Assembly: GCA_034521065.1 (NCBI GenBank)
Contig: JAXHMW010000010.1
Span: forward strand, 25,264 to 89,263
Length of the DNA: 64,000 nt
Source of the DNA: Planctomycetota bacterium
GTDB lineage: Bacteria > Planctomycetota > B143-G9
Direction: 5' to 3'
In this document: piece after piece, positions 9,377 through 19,737 of the stretch
Layout of the letters: every line of letters starts with the position of its first letter
Numbering within the stretch: the first letter of the stretch is position 1
The notes under the pieces: generated by a model
The model's database searches: none
What the model saw: the letters and a program-made list of their open reading frames with translations, nothing else
What the model was told of the DNA's origin: nothing
Translations under genes and position numbers: made by a program

Positions 9377-11045
9377 ACCTCCTCGTAGATGCCCTTGGCG
9401 GTGAAAGGCAGTCCGTCATAGCGCAGAATCTTCTGAGACTCAATAAGTGCACCCGCTTCTCTCAGCATGTCGGCGAACTGGCCGGTGGAGTTGCCCTCGA
9501 CGCAGTAGAAGGTCGCCGCGGGACGTGCGTAAGCTCCGAGAACCTTTCGGGCCTTTTCGGTGTTGATGGGAAAGACCTGCGGGAAATGCACCATCGCGGC
9601 CGCTCCCTCGTTGCGCTCGTTGAGCAGGTCAACCGCCTCCCTGCACGGGCCGTAAGAAGAACCCCAGCAGACGAGCACCTTCGCCGCGTTGCGCTCTCCG
9701 TAGAAGGCCGGCTCAATGAAATCATCGAGAAGAAGCCGGTTCTTGCGCATCCTCTTATCCTGCTGGGCCTTTGCTACCTCGAGGTCCTCCGTAAGGTGAC
9801 CGGTCTCGTCGTGCTCGTCGGAGTCGGCGACCACGAAGCCGTTCACCCCGGGAATCGCACGGGGAGAAACTCCGTCTTCGGTGAGCTTGTAACGCTGATA
9901 GTCCTCACCGGTCTCGTCGAGCAGGCAACGGTCAATGTGGCCGAGTGAAGTATCGAAAGGCTCCACGTTCGTGAGAAGGTCTGCAAGATACTGGTCAATC
10001 ATCAGAATAACGGGCACTTGGTACCTGTGAGCGAGCCAAAGCCCGTGGCGGGTGAGTTCGTACGCCTCGGACGCCGTTCCCGGTGCGAAGATTGCGCGTG
10101 GGAACTCGCCATGACCTGCGTAAGCGGCGAACTTGAGGTCCTGCTGCGCCGTGCGTGTGGGAAGACCGGTAGCAGTCCCGGACGCTGAGAAAGAAAAATG
10201 AACGCCGGTGTCTCCGTCATCCCTGCGAGCGAAAGGCCTTCCGACATAAGTGCGAAGCCACCGCCCGAGGTGGTGGTAACCGCGGGAACTCCCGCGTAGG
10301 CCGCACCGCAAACGACGTTTATGGCGGCTATCTCGTCCTCGGCCTGTTCGACGACTATTCCGTATTCGGAAGAGAGGTCGGCAAGACCTTGCAGGACGGC
10401 CGTGGAAGGCGTCATGGGATACGAACAGGCGACCTTGACTCCGCTGACTGCGGCGGAAAGAGAACAAGCTTGGCTCGCGGATGCGATATTGGTCTGCGCG
10501 CCCGCAGGTTTCGGCGAGTTAAGCTTCCCCGCTTCCTCGTGCGCGATCTCAGCGCCCTTTGCGGCACACTTGATGTTCTCCTGCACGACCTCTTCCCCCT
10601 TAGAGGAAAAGCGCTTGTCAAGATACTTCTCAAGCTCTTTTAGGCCGAAACCGAGTATCTCGAACACCACGCCCGCAGCGACCGTATTGGCCATAAGCTT
10701 GCTGCCAACTGTGTCCTTTGCGACCTTGGTGAATTCTATCGCAACGTCCTGTTCACATTCTTCGGCGTTGCAGACAGTGATGCCATCCGGCGAGACATGA
10801 GACACATATGCGTCAAGAGCTCTATCTGTAAGGGCGATAAGCAGGTCGATATCTTTGGATGCGGAATAGAGCGGGTAATCTGCGATGCGTATGTCAAAAC
10901 TGTTGACACCACCGCGGATACGAGACATGTAGCTCTGAGTGGCATAGACATGCAGCCCCATCCCCGCGAAAGCTCCGGTGAGCAGCATTCCGATGGTCTT
11001 TACGCCCTGCCCCGCTTCTCCCGCAACACAGATGTTGAGATCCAT
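9364..11045 (-). CDS. korA: 2-oxoacid:ferredoxin oxidoreductase alpha subunit (gamma-alpha fusion; apparent frameshift near 10180)
   Basis: GEAGQG, SRIRGG, YPMTPST, EQAEDEIAA, TSGGGF in ORF 10002-11045, continued by TGLPTRTAQQDL and DSDEHDE in ORF 9364-10467. Confidence 0.9.
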
Positions 11046-11470
11046 TTTTTCTCCTTGTTTCCTCCATTAAGAGTGGCCGATGGGCTGGCCACAATTCGGT
11101 ATCCTGAGAATAACACCTCACAACAGCCAAGTTCTTTTTTTCACGCCAATAGGTGGAACCGGCCATTTGCAGGGCCTTTGACCTGTTAACAGAATGCCCG
11201 TTTGTGCAGTGTCGGGTGAGCTTGGTTTCTTGCGATGTTTCGGTATTACACAAGGTAACCAGAACAACGACCTTCGCCCCCGCCCTTAAGTTGACTTGTC
11301 TTTACCCCGTTGGGCACCTGCAAAAAGACAATTTTGCTGCAAATATCTGCGGCTTTTCCCTGCTTCGTCATCAAGCCGTTTCTTCCTTAAATATAGCCAA
11401 GGCTATTACTTGCGTCGAAATCCCATATCTCCCTCGCCTGACTTTCTCGGCCATTTTCGCTCGGAACCAT

Positions 11471-12667
11471 TTATTGAGGTACACACTTGCTTTCGATCAG
11501 AAGCCTAAGTAGATCCCAATACAGGGGAAGATAGGCGTAGTCATCAGGGCTATTCTGCTCAAGATTGCTTTCGGGTTGGATCACACCCGGATTGACACGG
11601 TATGCACACTTAAGCAGGTTTCTCGCACGGTCCGTATCCTGTGTCAGCAAGAAGAACGAGTTTGCCTGGAGCATTTTCTGCATTGTCGAGTACAACGGGA
11701 TATGAGCATCGTCTCCGTTTTCAAAGACCTTTTTCTCAAAGTATTGCAGAAGTATCGCCTGAAGGGCATACGGAAACTCAGCGTCAAGTTGCCCTTTCCA
11801 TACGGAGTCATAGTAGCTGGTCAGAGACTTGTCAAGCATCGATATGTACGGAATATCAGGTAGAGTCTGCTTGGACAACTCTTCTAAAGTACGCCAATCA
11901 ACAACTCCTTTCTTCTGATACTCATCTACGATTTCTATCAGCTTCTTCCTCTCGAACACTCCTTGTTGCACTCGTATTGATTCCGGTAACAACACTCTAA
12001 ATCCACTGTCCTCGCTAAAACCAAATGGCGTCCCATCTAAGTTCTCGTATGACGTTGATGCGCATTTCATAAGCAAGTGGATAGGTTTACCAGAAGGAAA
12101 CCCCACCTCATATCTAAAAAAGTTCTGTGAACCTGTGAGCGTCTTCATTTGCTGCTTATCAAACTCAGCCTTGTCCGAATTGACCATCAGCCACAGGCAA
12201 GACAGAAGTATTGAATCAGATCTGTCAATTCCATCACGGAGGACTTCTCTTGCTTCATCAAGATCCTGATTCCGTATCATGGCTGCGCATCGGTAGAACT
12301 TGACAAGGGGCTCTGCGAAGGAAGCGTTTTCAGGCTCTGACGCCGAAAAAAGCTTGGCGAGTGCCTCATCTGAAACGACTTTGTTCTCCAGAAAGCACAC
12401 GTGTACTTCGAGCCAAGAATAATAGAAGTTGTCCTTCTTAATCGAACGCAAGCGCTTGCGACCTCGCCCATATTTTCCCGCCGCGATATCGGCAAACAGC
12501 ATTAGCCTTTCGTTCGTGCGCAGGCCTTCCGGCACACCGGAGAGTGTTAGAATCCTATTTGCAGACAGCGCTGGGGCATAATGCCAAACGAAGATTAGAG
12601 CAAAGCAAACGACAACCAGCACTCCTACAACCAAACTGTAGAGTATTCTCGTCCTGCTATTTTTCAT
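11471..12667 (-). CDS. Orphan membrane-anchored helical (TPR-like) hypothetical protein
   Basis: 398-aa ORF with N-terminal TM, AT-richer than the core genes. Confidence 0.65.
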   Translation of the reverse strand: MKNSRTRILYSLVVGVLVVVCFALIFVWHYAPALSANRILTLSGVPEGLRTNERLMLFADIAAGKYGRGRKRLRSIKKDNFYYSWLEVHVCFLENKVVSDEALAKLFSASEPENASFAEPLVKFYRCAAMIRNQDLDEAREVLRDGIDRSDSILLSCLWLMVNSDKAEFDKQQMKTLTGSQNFFRYEVGFPSGKPIHLLMKCASTSYENLDGTPFGFSEDSGFRVLLPESIRVQQGVFERKKLIEIVDEYQKKGVVDWRTLEELSKQTLPDIPYISMLDKSLTSYYDSVWKGQLDAEFPYALQAILLQYFEKKVFENGDDAHIPLYSTMQKMLQANSFFLLTQDTDRARNLLKCAYRVNPGVIQPESNLEQNSPDDYAYLPLYWDLLRLLIESKCVPQ

Positions 12668-12723
12668 TCTTGTGTTTCTCGGCTTCTCTTGACATGCCTT
12701 TCGTCAATCCTCACGGCATGCTG

Positions 12724-14145
12724 CTATTTTACTTTTATGACTGCTGTTGAGGGAACTGTTTTTGGAAACAGAATCAGCTTTACAAAGCCCTCTGGGATAA
12801 CAATGTGTGAGTTGTATGGCGCATTATCGAAATCTCTGAAGACTTTCATTCTATCACCAAGATAGGTGCTCTCTAATTCCAGTTGGCAATACTCATCTGC
12901 AATAAAACAAGCGAGAGTGCTTTCACTGACAACTTCGCAATTGCTGAAAGAGAGAACGCCGGGGGAGACCTCTGTTTGCGAATCTTCAGTCACAATATCA
13001 AAGAGGAAACCTCCCGCAATCCTGACATCTTCTTTCGATACTCCCTTAAATTCGATGTCGCAGTGACTGAACTTACCAATCCCACGGACGAGTGCAAGGT
13101 ATCCATCTCGGTTGATAACAGAAATCGCTGAGTTCTCAACAGATAGTCCAAGCTTCTCGCTGTTCTCGAAGACGTATGCAGTTTCACTCGTTTCTGCGCC
13201 TGGATGCTCAACAACTGATACATGGCAATCTAAAAAGGCTGCATTGCCGATGAAAGCAACTCTGACGACACTCAAGTTTGAGAAAGTGCAGTTCTGATAG
13301 CGTTTGGCTTCAATAGACCCCGATTGGTCAAATGATGTAAGACTGAGAGCAGTAAAGGAGGAATCCTTGTATACAACAGGCTCGCTTACATTTTCCACTG
13401 CTGCCTGAACGAAATCGGCATATGTGTTCATTCTGTCCCTGGCGAAGGAGCTGTTAGAAATCACTTGCCGAAAGAAGAAGTCAGATTCTGTCATTGCTTC
13501 AATGTGCGAGAAGGACGAGTTCTGAACGTTTAGCTCGAACGCATAGAATATGCAGCCTGTTAACGGCAGGTCATCAAACTCAACTTTGAGCGCAACACCA
13601 CATTCATCTGGAAACACGATGTCCTTCACGCTTGACTCAGAGACTTTCAGTGAGAAGGACGACATAAGAGATGAAACGACGGGGAAGTCACGATCAGAAT
13701 GCTCTACAAATCCTTCCGCAAGCACCCGCTCAATGTCATCTTCAGAGAAGCATGCTTCCATCCTGAAGAAACCTGGAAGCGGGAGGATTTTCAGCTCCTC
13801 AAATGAGAAGTTGCTGAGTTCCAATGGCTCAAGAGAGTAGTGCCTGATACCATAGAAGCCCTTTGAGCCCTTTCCTTTGAACTGAACTTTGCCTTTGCTG
13901 CCTGCAACGTTGAGTTCTCCGTAGCAGAGAATCCCCCCGTTGTCGCAGAAGATAGTTGAACCTTTCTCGATAGTTAGCGTTTGTCCTCTGGGTACATACA
14001 GAAAATGGTCAAGTTCGTAGTCTCCTCCGATTGTTAGATTTTCTGTAGTCCTCAACAGTGGGGGCGACAAAGCGCTAAAGAACAACAACACTGCAGATGA
14101 AACAAGGAGCAGCAACAGTAGCGCTGCAGATGCTATCCGTCTCAT
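12724..14145 (-). CDS. Exported hypothetical protein, probable right-handed beta-helix; paralogue of 17243-18985
   Basis: Likely start MRRIASAALLLL (signal/TM); LTIEKGSTIFCDNGGIL..FKGKGSKGFYGI N-terminus; recurring N/DCxF turns. Confidence 0.65.
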   Translation of the reverse strand: MRRIASAALLLLLLVSSAVLLFFSALSPPLLRTTENLTIGGDYELDHFLYVPRGQTLTIEKGSTIFCDNGGILCYGELNVAGSKGKVQFKGKGSKGFYGIRHYSLEPLELSNFSFEELKILPLPGFFRMEACFSEDDIERVLAEGFVEHSDRDFPVVSSLMSSFSLKVSESSVKDIVFPDECGVALKVEFDDLPLTGCIFYAFELNVQNSSFSHIEAMTESDFFFRQVISNSSFARDRMNTYADFVQAAVENVSEPVVYKDSSFTALSLTSFDQSGSIEAKRYQNCTFSNLSVVRVAFIGNAAFLDCHVSVVEHPGAETSETAYVFENSEKLGLSVENSAISVINRDGYLALVRGIGKFSHCDIEFKGVSKEDVRIAGGFLFDIVTEDSQTEVSPGVLSFSNCEVVSESTLACFIADEYCQLELESTYLGDRMKVFRDFDNAPYNSHIVIPEGFVKLILFPKTVPSTAVIKVK

Positions 14146-14417
14146 TTCTTTGAGTACCTTTCGCTTTTGAACTTGGCACCCTGTTGGATCCGTATCATCT
14201 GGTTCAGGACCTGAGTTTGTGTGCTCCATATCTCCAGTATAGCCACTTGCGCTACCCGTATCAGCGGAACTGTCGGAATCTTCTGCCACTTCAATAGCAG
14301 AGTCCACAATATTGTGTTCGGCACCAGTCCCATTGTGTTGCTCAGCATTTGAGTTACATGCATTAATCTGTATGTTCTCACCATCAGGATGAGTAGTTGC
14401 CTTACCAATTGATAAAA
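14142..14417 (-). pseudogene. Truncated 3' tail of an upstream, toxin-like gene
   Basis: Open frame GKATTHPDGENIQINACNSNA...PEPDDTDPTG begins at an IS5-MITE end; an alternative frame ends ERYSKK* overlapping the next ATG (ATGA). Confidence 0.5.
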
Positions 14418-14487
14418 GGCCACCTCGAAAAATTGGCGCATCAACAACCTGAGTATACAACGAATGGAGTGGCAATCAACCGAAGAG
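14418..14487 (+). mobile_element. IS5-derived MITE, left-end fragment
   Basis: GGCCACCTCGAAAAATT...; near-identical to the reverse complement of 15694-15763 and similar to 51540-51608. Confidence 0.8.
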
Positions 14488-14488
14488 T

Positions 14489-14735
14489 TAACCTGTCCCC
14501 TTCGTCTGGACAGAAACCTTCCTCCGAATTTGGTGGAAGATCCTCTAGCCTGAGTTGACCTGATGTTTCCGCAGTGGAGGCGAAGCGAAACATATAGGTG
14601 TTGTTGGACGTATCCTGATACCGCACAAGGTTCTCCACGCTACAAATATCGAACGCCGCTTTCAAACTTATCTTCCCCCTTCAGGAAGACTCTACCCTTG
14701 AACAGCGCAAAACACGAAAATTCCAGTCGTAGGTA
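14489..14735 (-). mobile_element. IS3-family right end joined to an RHS-like fragment
   Basis: Closely matches 44438-44685; TAACCTGTCCCCTTCGTCTGGACAG terminal repeat. Confidence 0.7.
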
Positions 14736-15329
14736 AACGTCTCGTTTCGTTTCGTTATATGGTCGCCGAAGAATGGTCGGACAGTAGCGTCAACAGATCG
14801 GCTATGCGGGCAACAACTGCAAGGCAAGGGGAAACAAAGTGTTCGCTGCGAATGAGAACAGTGCCAGTGCAACGCCAAAACCGACGATATAGGCGAACTG
14901 CAGCTGCATGCGAAGCTGCTCGTCATCATGAGATGTAACGGGGAACGAGAGCAACTCGCCTTCGCCTCTTGTCTCGTCAGTTGGAGCAACTGCTCTCTGT
15001 GCGGCATTCGTCGAGTATGTGAATCTCGTCGAATCCACCCTTATCATCACGGATTTACTCTGCAATCCCTTTTTCAAAACCGTTTCTTCATGGCCAGGAA
15101 TGGCGCTCTCCTTGGATTGAAGCGAGTTAAGGCCCAACAAGCAACACACTTCTGTTCAGAAGCGGCAAAGGACGCATGATCGTGAGAACGGCGACCTGTG
15201 AATCCCTGCTGAGCTTCCGACCGGTAAAACTCAGGTCGCGAACTTTCCCGTCAGCAACGGAAAAACGCAACTCAGCACTCCTACAACCAAACTGTAGAGT
15301 ATTCTCGTCTTGCTATTTTTCATTCTTGT

Positions 15330-15763
15330 GGCCACCTCGAACAATACCCAATTCTGTCATGAAAAGCGCAGATTTTGATTCCGGGGCGTGATTGCGGGCA
15401 CATGTTGACGGTAAGTTGGCGGATAATGAGGCTGTTTACGTCCGTTTTGCGCTCAGCCTTGCGGATTCGGCGAATGGTCGGACAAAAATCCTCCCAGTCA
15501 ACGACCTCGTTCAGCTTTGCAAGAAAATCACCCTTCTTATCGAGCCTGGCAAGGGTGCGTGCCGCACGGCCAAGTTACAACAAGCGAACGGAGAACAGTC
15601 TGACAATGGCCTCTGACCGTCAAAACGCTTTAACTTGGGTGTCCAGCATGGACACGTTTTCGACGTCGAAAAATCCCTCAAGCATTCTTACCTCTCTTCG
15701 GTTGATTGCCACTCCATTCGTTGTATACTCAGGTTGTTGATGCGCCAATTATTTGAGGTAGCC
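15330..15763 (-). mobile_element. IS5-derived MITE carrying a 99-bp insertion
   Basis: Terminal inverted repeats GGCCACCTCGAA and TTTGAGGTAGCC; interior encodes an IS5 transposase N-terminal stub (LAKLNEVVDWEDF). Confidence 0.85.
15555..15653 (+). repeat. Single unit of the 99-100 bp hairpin repeat family
   Basis: GTGCGTGCCGCAC...TTTAACTTGGGT-GTCCA-GCA-TGGAC; homologous to the units at 48947-49257 and 44910-45086. Confidence 0.75.
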
Positions 15764-15913
15764 TACAGTGACGGTCAAAGAGGTGACAAAGCAAGAATAC
15801 GAGACCGCAAAGCAGCAAGCGGGGGACTTGCTAAGCAACCCTCCCCTTAACGGTTCCTCCCCTGGCTCTAAAGAAACTTGGGCTATTTACAACACGAAAG
15901 TGAGGAGCGAGAA

Positions 15914-16846
15914 ATGAAACTCATGTACATGATCGTGTTTCTCGGTTTGTGTCTTCTTCTTCAAGCGTGTTCGCCATCCTACGATGCATCATATGCTTTC
16001 GTTGTTCACAAACACAATAGTACAGTGTTTGTCTACAGTGAATCCCATGATTCGGTCTCAATTGATATCTGGAGACTGTCATCGACTGAAGCATCTCACA
16101 AGAAGCTTCATACTGTTGTCATCACCAATGAGACTTCTTCTATTCCATGCGCCGGCTACAAAGATAGCATCTACCTGTCACATTCAGGAAGAACAATGTC
16201 TGTCAACGCCGAAGGCGAGATAAGCATTGTTTCAGAAGGAAGCTACGATAGTTTGTGGCCATCCGATTCTGAAGGTATATGTGTTGCCGTGTATGATGAT
16301 ACTGCGTGTTTGCTGTCCCTTAAGAACGGTCAAGAGATTGCCTCATTGGGGGAGTGGAAATGGTCTGGAGCATACCTGCACAAAGATCTGTTGCTACTCT
16401 GGGAAGGCTCAAACCTCGAGATATGGAATCGACGTACAGGGTCTGTTGAGCAAGTAGTTCTGGAAAGCAAAATATACGCCGTTGATATACAGTCTGAGAT
16501 GTTAGCAGTTCTTTGCTCTTTCCATCTCTATACCTATCATTTAGATCGAACGAACTCTCTTCAGGAGACGAGAAGGCTCGAACTGTACCCTTCTTTCATA
16601 GGGCATTGTTTGCATATTGTGAACGCTAACACACTTGTTGGGGGCTATGGGTTGTTTTCTAATCCAGTAGTGTTTGACCTGTCAGATGCAAATGATGGCT
16701 TCTTGGAGTTAGATTTTCGAGAATCTCCTCCGTATGGGACACTCCTGATTCCATTTGACGATTGTTTCATTGGAGCTGTCAACCCATCTCAAAGCAGTGA
16801 GTATGAACTGATTCGTATTCCCTACAAGGAACTTCTGAAGCAGTGA
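15914..16846 (+). CDS. Orphan lipoprotein, beta-rich (propeller-like)
   Basis: Lipobox LQAC; GAGGAG RBS; ATGA overlap with an upstream tail frame. Confidence 0.7.
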   Translation: MKLMYMIVFLGLCLLLQACSPSYDASYAFVVHKHNSTVFVYSESHDSVSIDIWRLSSTEASHKKLHTVVITNETSSIPCAGYKDSIYLSHSGRTMSVNAEGEISIVSEGSYDSLWPSDSEGICVAVYDDTACLLSLKNGQEIASLGEWKWSGAYLHKDLLLLWEGSNLEIWNRRTGSVEQVVLESKIYAVDIQSEMLAVLCSFHLYTYHLDRTNSLQETRRLELYPSFIGHCLHIVNANTLVGGYGLFSNPVVFDLSDANDGFLELDFRESPPYGTLLIPFDDCFIGAVNPSQSSEYELIRIPYKELLKQ

Positions 16847-16940
16847 CGCAGAGAATGGCTCAAATGAACGGTGCCGTCATGAAACTTGCAGTTGACTGCA
16901 AGCGAGCAATAACCTGGCTCGTCAGCATGACAAAATGAAC

Positions 16941-17012
16941 ATGAACGGTACCATAACGAACTATACGTACAACGGGCTCGGACGTATCACGGCGGCGAAC
17001 GGTTCGCCGTAC
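16941..17012 (+). pseudogene. RHS/YD-repeat fragment
   Basis: NGTITNYTYNGLGRITAANGSPY, interrupted by an IS3 left end. Confidence 0.6.
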
Positions 17013-17129
17013 GCTTGTCCCCAAAAACTGGACAGGTGTTTAAGGTGGAAAATCTCCTGCTGCAATGGGGCTCGCGAGCCCTGAACGGAGATGAGAATGA
17101 GAAGAAAAAGGCGCAGGTTTTCGGCTGAC
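17013..17129 (+). mobile_element. IS3-family left end with orfA stub
   Basis: GCTTGTCCCCAAAAACTGGACAG then MRRKRRRFSA; reverse copy at 44762-44885. Confidence 0.75.
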
Positions 17130-17162
17130 TTTAAGGCCCTCCATTGTATATTCAGGTCGTAG

Positions 17163-17185
17163 GTGCGCCAATTTTTGAGGTAGCC
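17163..17185 (-). mobile_element. IS5-MITE terminal fragment
   Basis: GCGCCAATTTTTGAGGTAGCC matches 15742-15763. Confidence 0.65.
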
Positions 17186-17242
17186 TCCAGATCAATCTGA
17201 TAATGGCGCAAATGAACCTGACGTGGAAAGGAAGTACGAAAA

Positions 17243-18985
17243 ATGACAAGGTATTTAACCGTCCGCGAGGCATTAGTTGCCTTAGTAGTTCTCTTTACTG
17301 CCTTCGCAATTACCGACGGACATGCTGAGGAGGTCTATCAAAGAGAGAAGCTTGTGGCAATCGACAAGCTCTCTCTCAGTGATGGAGATGTCCTCGACAA
17401 GCTGTATCTCATTCCCGCTGATGGCCAGCTTGTGATAGAAGAGGGCTCGGAGATCAAGATTGATGGAGGCGGCATAATCTGGCAAAAAACAGGCGAGGTA
17501 CAGTTTGCATCTTCGTGCACTTTTACCGGTGTTGGCAGCCGTGAGTTTTACGGCTTTCACGTGCAGCATTCAACCGTCCTGAGCTTCAATGAATGTGTAT
17601 TCTCTGACATTGATCTTTGTCCTGTACCTGAAGATGTCAGAAAGCTCAACGCGGACGGGGATTTGGGCGAAGATGTCCGAGCCAGTCTACACAACTGCAT
17701 GGTTTCCGCACGATTCGTCAAGATGACGAATTGTAGGATAACACATATCGGTGTCTCAAAGGCAGGCAAAGCTCTGAAAAGAGATGGAGATACGGAGCTT
17801 GTTTTTGCCGGTATGTGTCATTTTGATAAGTGCGCCTTCTTGGCGCTCGACCTTGTTTCCGGCAATGAAGAGCAGATATCTTATCTGGTTGGACTCTCCT
17901 TCATCTTTGATGGACACATAGAAACCGAATTTCTTCAGAAAGTCCGAGTTCGATATTATCTGAAGCGCTTTTCAGATGCAGAGGGTGGGTTAATTGACTC
18001 GAAGGATGAGCTTTGTCGTTTTACTGAATGCCATTTTAAGGAACTCCTACTAACGAGGATCATGTTGAACATTGGCGCTGTAGCGGCTGCAGATTGCACG
18101 TTTGAGAACATTACAATCAGAAGTCCTTTCCTTTTCATAATGGGTGTGTTCATCAACTGTACCTTTAAGTCCTTGTTTCAATGGTCTGATACGCAGGTGA
18201 ATAGCAATGTGATAAGAGCGGTTTTCGGGTGGCACTGCTACTTGTCGAACTGTAGTGTTACCGTGAATGACCCCACTCCTGAGCAAGTCAAAGACGGTCC
18301 GAGACTCTCTCGCCTCGGAATTTTCGTAGGTTGTGGAGAAGCGAGAGGGTGCGAGTTCATCTCTGACTCATCTGTTCCCATGGTCACAGCAAGATGTTGG
18401 CCTTGTAGCGACAAAAATGTCTACATGAGCATGCGAGACACAGTGATCAAGCGTACGAAAGAGTATAAGGGCTATCCCATGATAGAAGTTCACGGGCCGA
18501 ATGTTGAATCATTTGCCATTTCTGATTGTGTTGTCGAGTCAGCCTCAACTGCTTTTTTTCAGTGCACAGACGTTGTGAAGACAAAAGTCCGTGTTGAAAA
18601 AACAGCATGGATTGCACCGGAGTCGGTGCAACTCTCTTTTGGAAAAGCTTATGACAGAGGCATAGATATGTGTCTTTTCAACACAAAAGATGTGATCATC
18701 TCAAAGTGCTCACATCTGTATGCATCAACCTTTTTCGCAGAGAGAGTAGTTGCCAGTGATAACCCTGGCATCTTTGAAAATCTATTCGTCAATGCTAAGC
18801 GGATAACATTCTGGGGGATGGATCTTGAGTATCTGTTGGCTTGTGGGTACGAGCCTCGCGACAAGTACGGTCCGAAATCAGCTTATTTCGATCTTCCCGA
18901 GACTAAACAGATGACCGAAGATGAAATTGCCGAAGCCGAAAGAGAGCTTGCTTCTGCCCTTAGGCGCCTCAAAGAGGCGGAATAG
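17243..18985 (+). CDS. Exported hypothetical protein, probable beta-helix; paralogue of 12724-14145
   Basis: Signal peptide; LVIEEGSEIKIDGGGII..FTGVGSREFYGF; many xCxF repeats. Confidence 0.7.
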   Translation: MTRYLTVREALVALVVLFTAFAITDGHAEEVYQREKLVAIDKLSLSDGDVLDKLYLIPADGQLVIEEGSEIKIDGGGIIWQKTGEVQFASSCTFTGVGSREFYGFHVQHSTVLSFNECVFSDIDLCPVPEDVRKLNADGDLGEDVRASLHNCMVSARFVKMTNCRITHIGVSKAGKALKRDGDTELVFAGMCHFDKCAFLALDLVSGNEEQISYLVGLSFIFDGHIETEFLQKVRVRYYLKRFSDAEGGLIDSKDELCRFTECHFKELLLTRIMLNIGAVAAADCTFENITIRSPFLFIMGVFINCTFKSLFQWSDTQVNSNVIRAVFGWHCYLSNCSVTVNDPTPEQVKDGPRLSRLGIFVGCGEARGCEFISDSSVPMVTARCWPCSDKNVYMSMRDTVIKRTKEYKGYPMIEVHGPNVESFAISDCVVESASTAFFQCTDVVKTKVRVEKTAWIAPESVQLSFGKAYDRGIDMCLFNTKDVIISKCSHLYASTFFAERVVASDNPGIFENLFVNAKRITFWGMDLEYLLACGYEPRDKYGPKSAYFDLPETKQMTEDEIAEAERELASALRRLKEAE

Positions 18986-19064
18986 CAGATCTGCTGTGTG
19001 GGCGGGGTGTAGAAGGATATGTGGATACTGCGCTGTACTTGTACGGCAGGTGGGAAGGGCAATA

Positions 19065-19094
19065 AATGGAACCATTACGAACTACTCCTACAAC
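19065..19094 (+). pseudogene. RHS/YD fragment
   Basis: NGTITNYSYN, homologous to 16944-16973, cut at an IS end. Confidence 0.45.
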
Positions 19095-19218
19095 TGGCAT
19101 GCCCCCCGAAAATCGGTCCGTTTATAATGAGAGTTTCCGAGAAGGCCGAAAGGCCGGGAGGCTCAAAGTGAATCGCAGGAAAAGGCACAATCCGGAGCAG
19201 ATCGTGAAGAAACATCAC
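19095..19218 (+). mobile_element. IS3 family (IS407 group) left-end remnant
   Basis: TGGCATGCCCCCC... closely matches the reverse complement of 48822-48945. Confidence 0.8.
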
Positions 19219-19737
19219 CGAAGCGGAAACACCAACTCAGTAGATTCGGATCTGTTCACCTAAACCGCCTGCAAACCCGCAATATTACAGCATTACAGCA
19301 TTCTTTCCGACACCGCCTGCCGGGAAACCGGAGAAGATTAAGTACACGCAAAACCTTGCCGAAAAAGAACTTGCCGCACATATTCAGATGGCGTTAAAAC
19401 CGTGTTAGCAGACGGGTTGCAGCACGGCTTTTGTTAAATCCATGTTTGGTTTTTCTGTGCCATAACTAATGCGAATCTTCGCATGTCGGACTCTAAAATC
19501 CATCCTTGAAAAGTGTGACTTTCCACTTTTGAGTTGTGCCGGGATGGGTTCCATATCAGACAAGATGTTCGACCGGTTGTTTGCGGCCGTTTCGTCATTG
19601 ATGCGGCCCTGCGAAATGCTTGAGCGTCCGTTTGATTCCGTAACCGGAACAAGCCCCTCGATATTTTTAAGAAAAACCTCGGCAATGAGCCGATAAGACC
19701 GAACTTCCCGAAAAAAAACTTTCAGTTACGAAGGAGT

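Noticed and set aside
14146-14475. N-terminal 110 aa of the 583-aa ORF
   Set aside because: It starts inside a MITE end and runs through a truncated gene tail; the signal peptide begins at 14145.
11471-19260. Integron cassette array
   Set aside because: No integrase and no convincing attC (RYYYAAC...GTTRRRY) sites; the genes lie on both strands and the junctions are IS ends.
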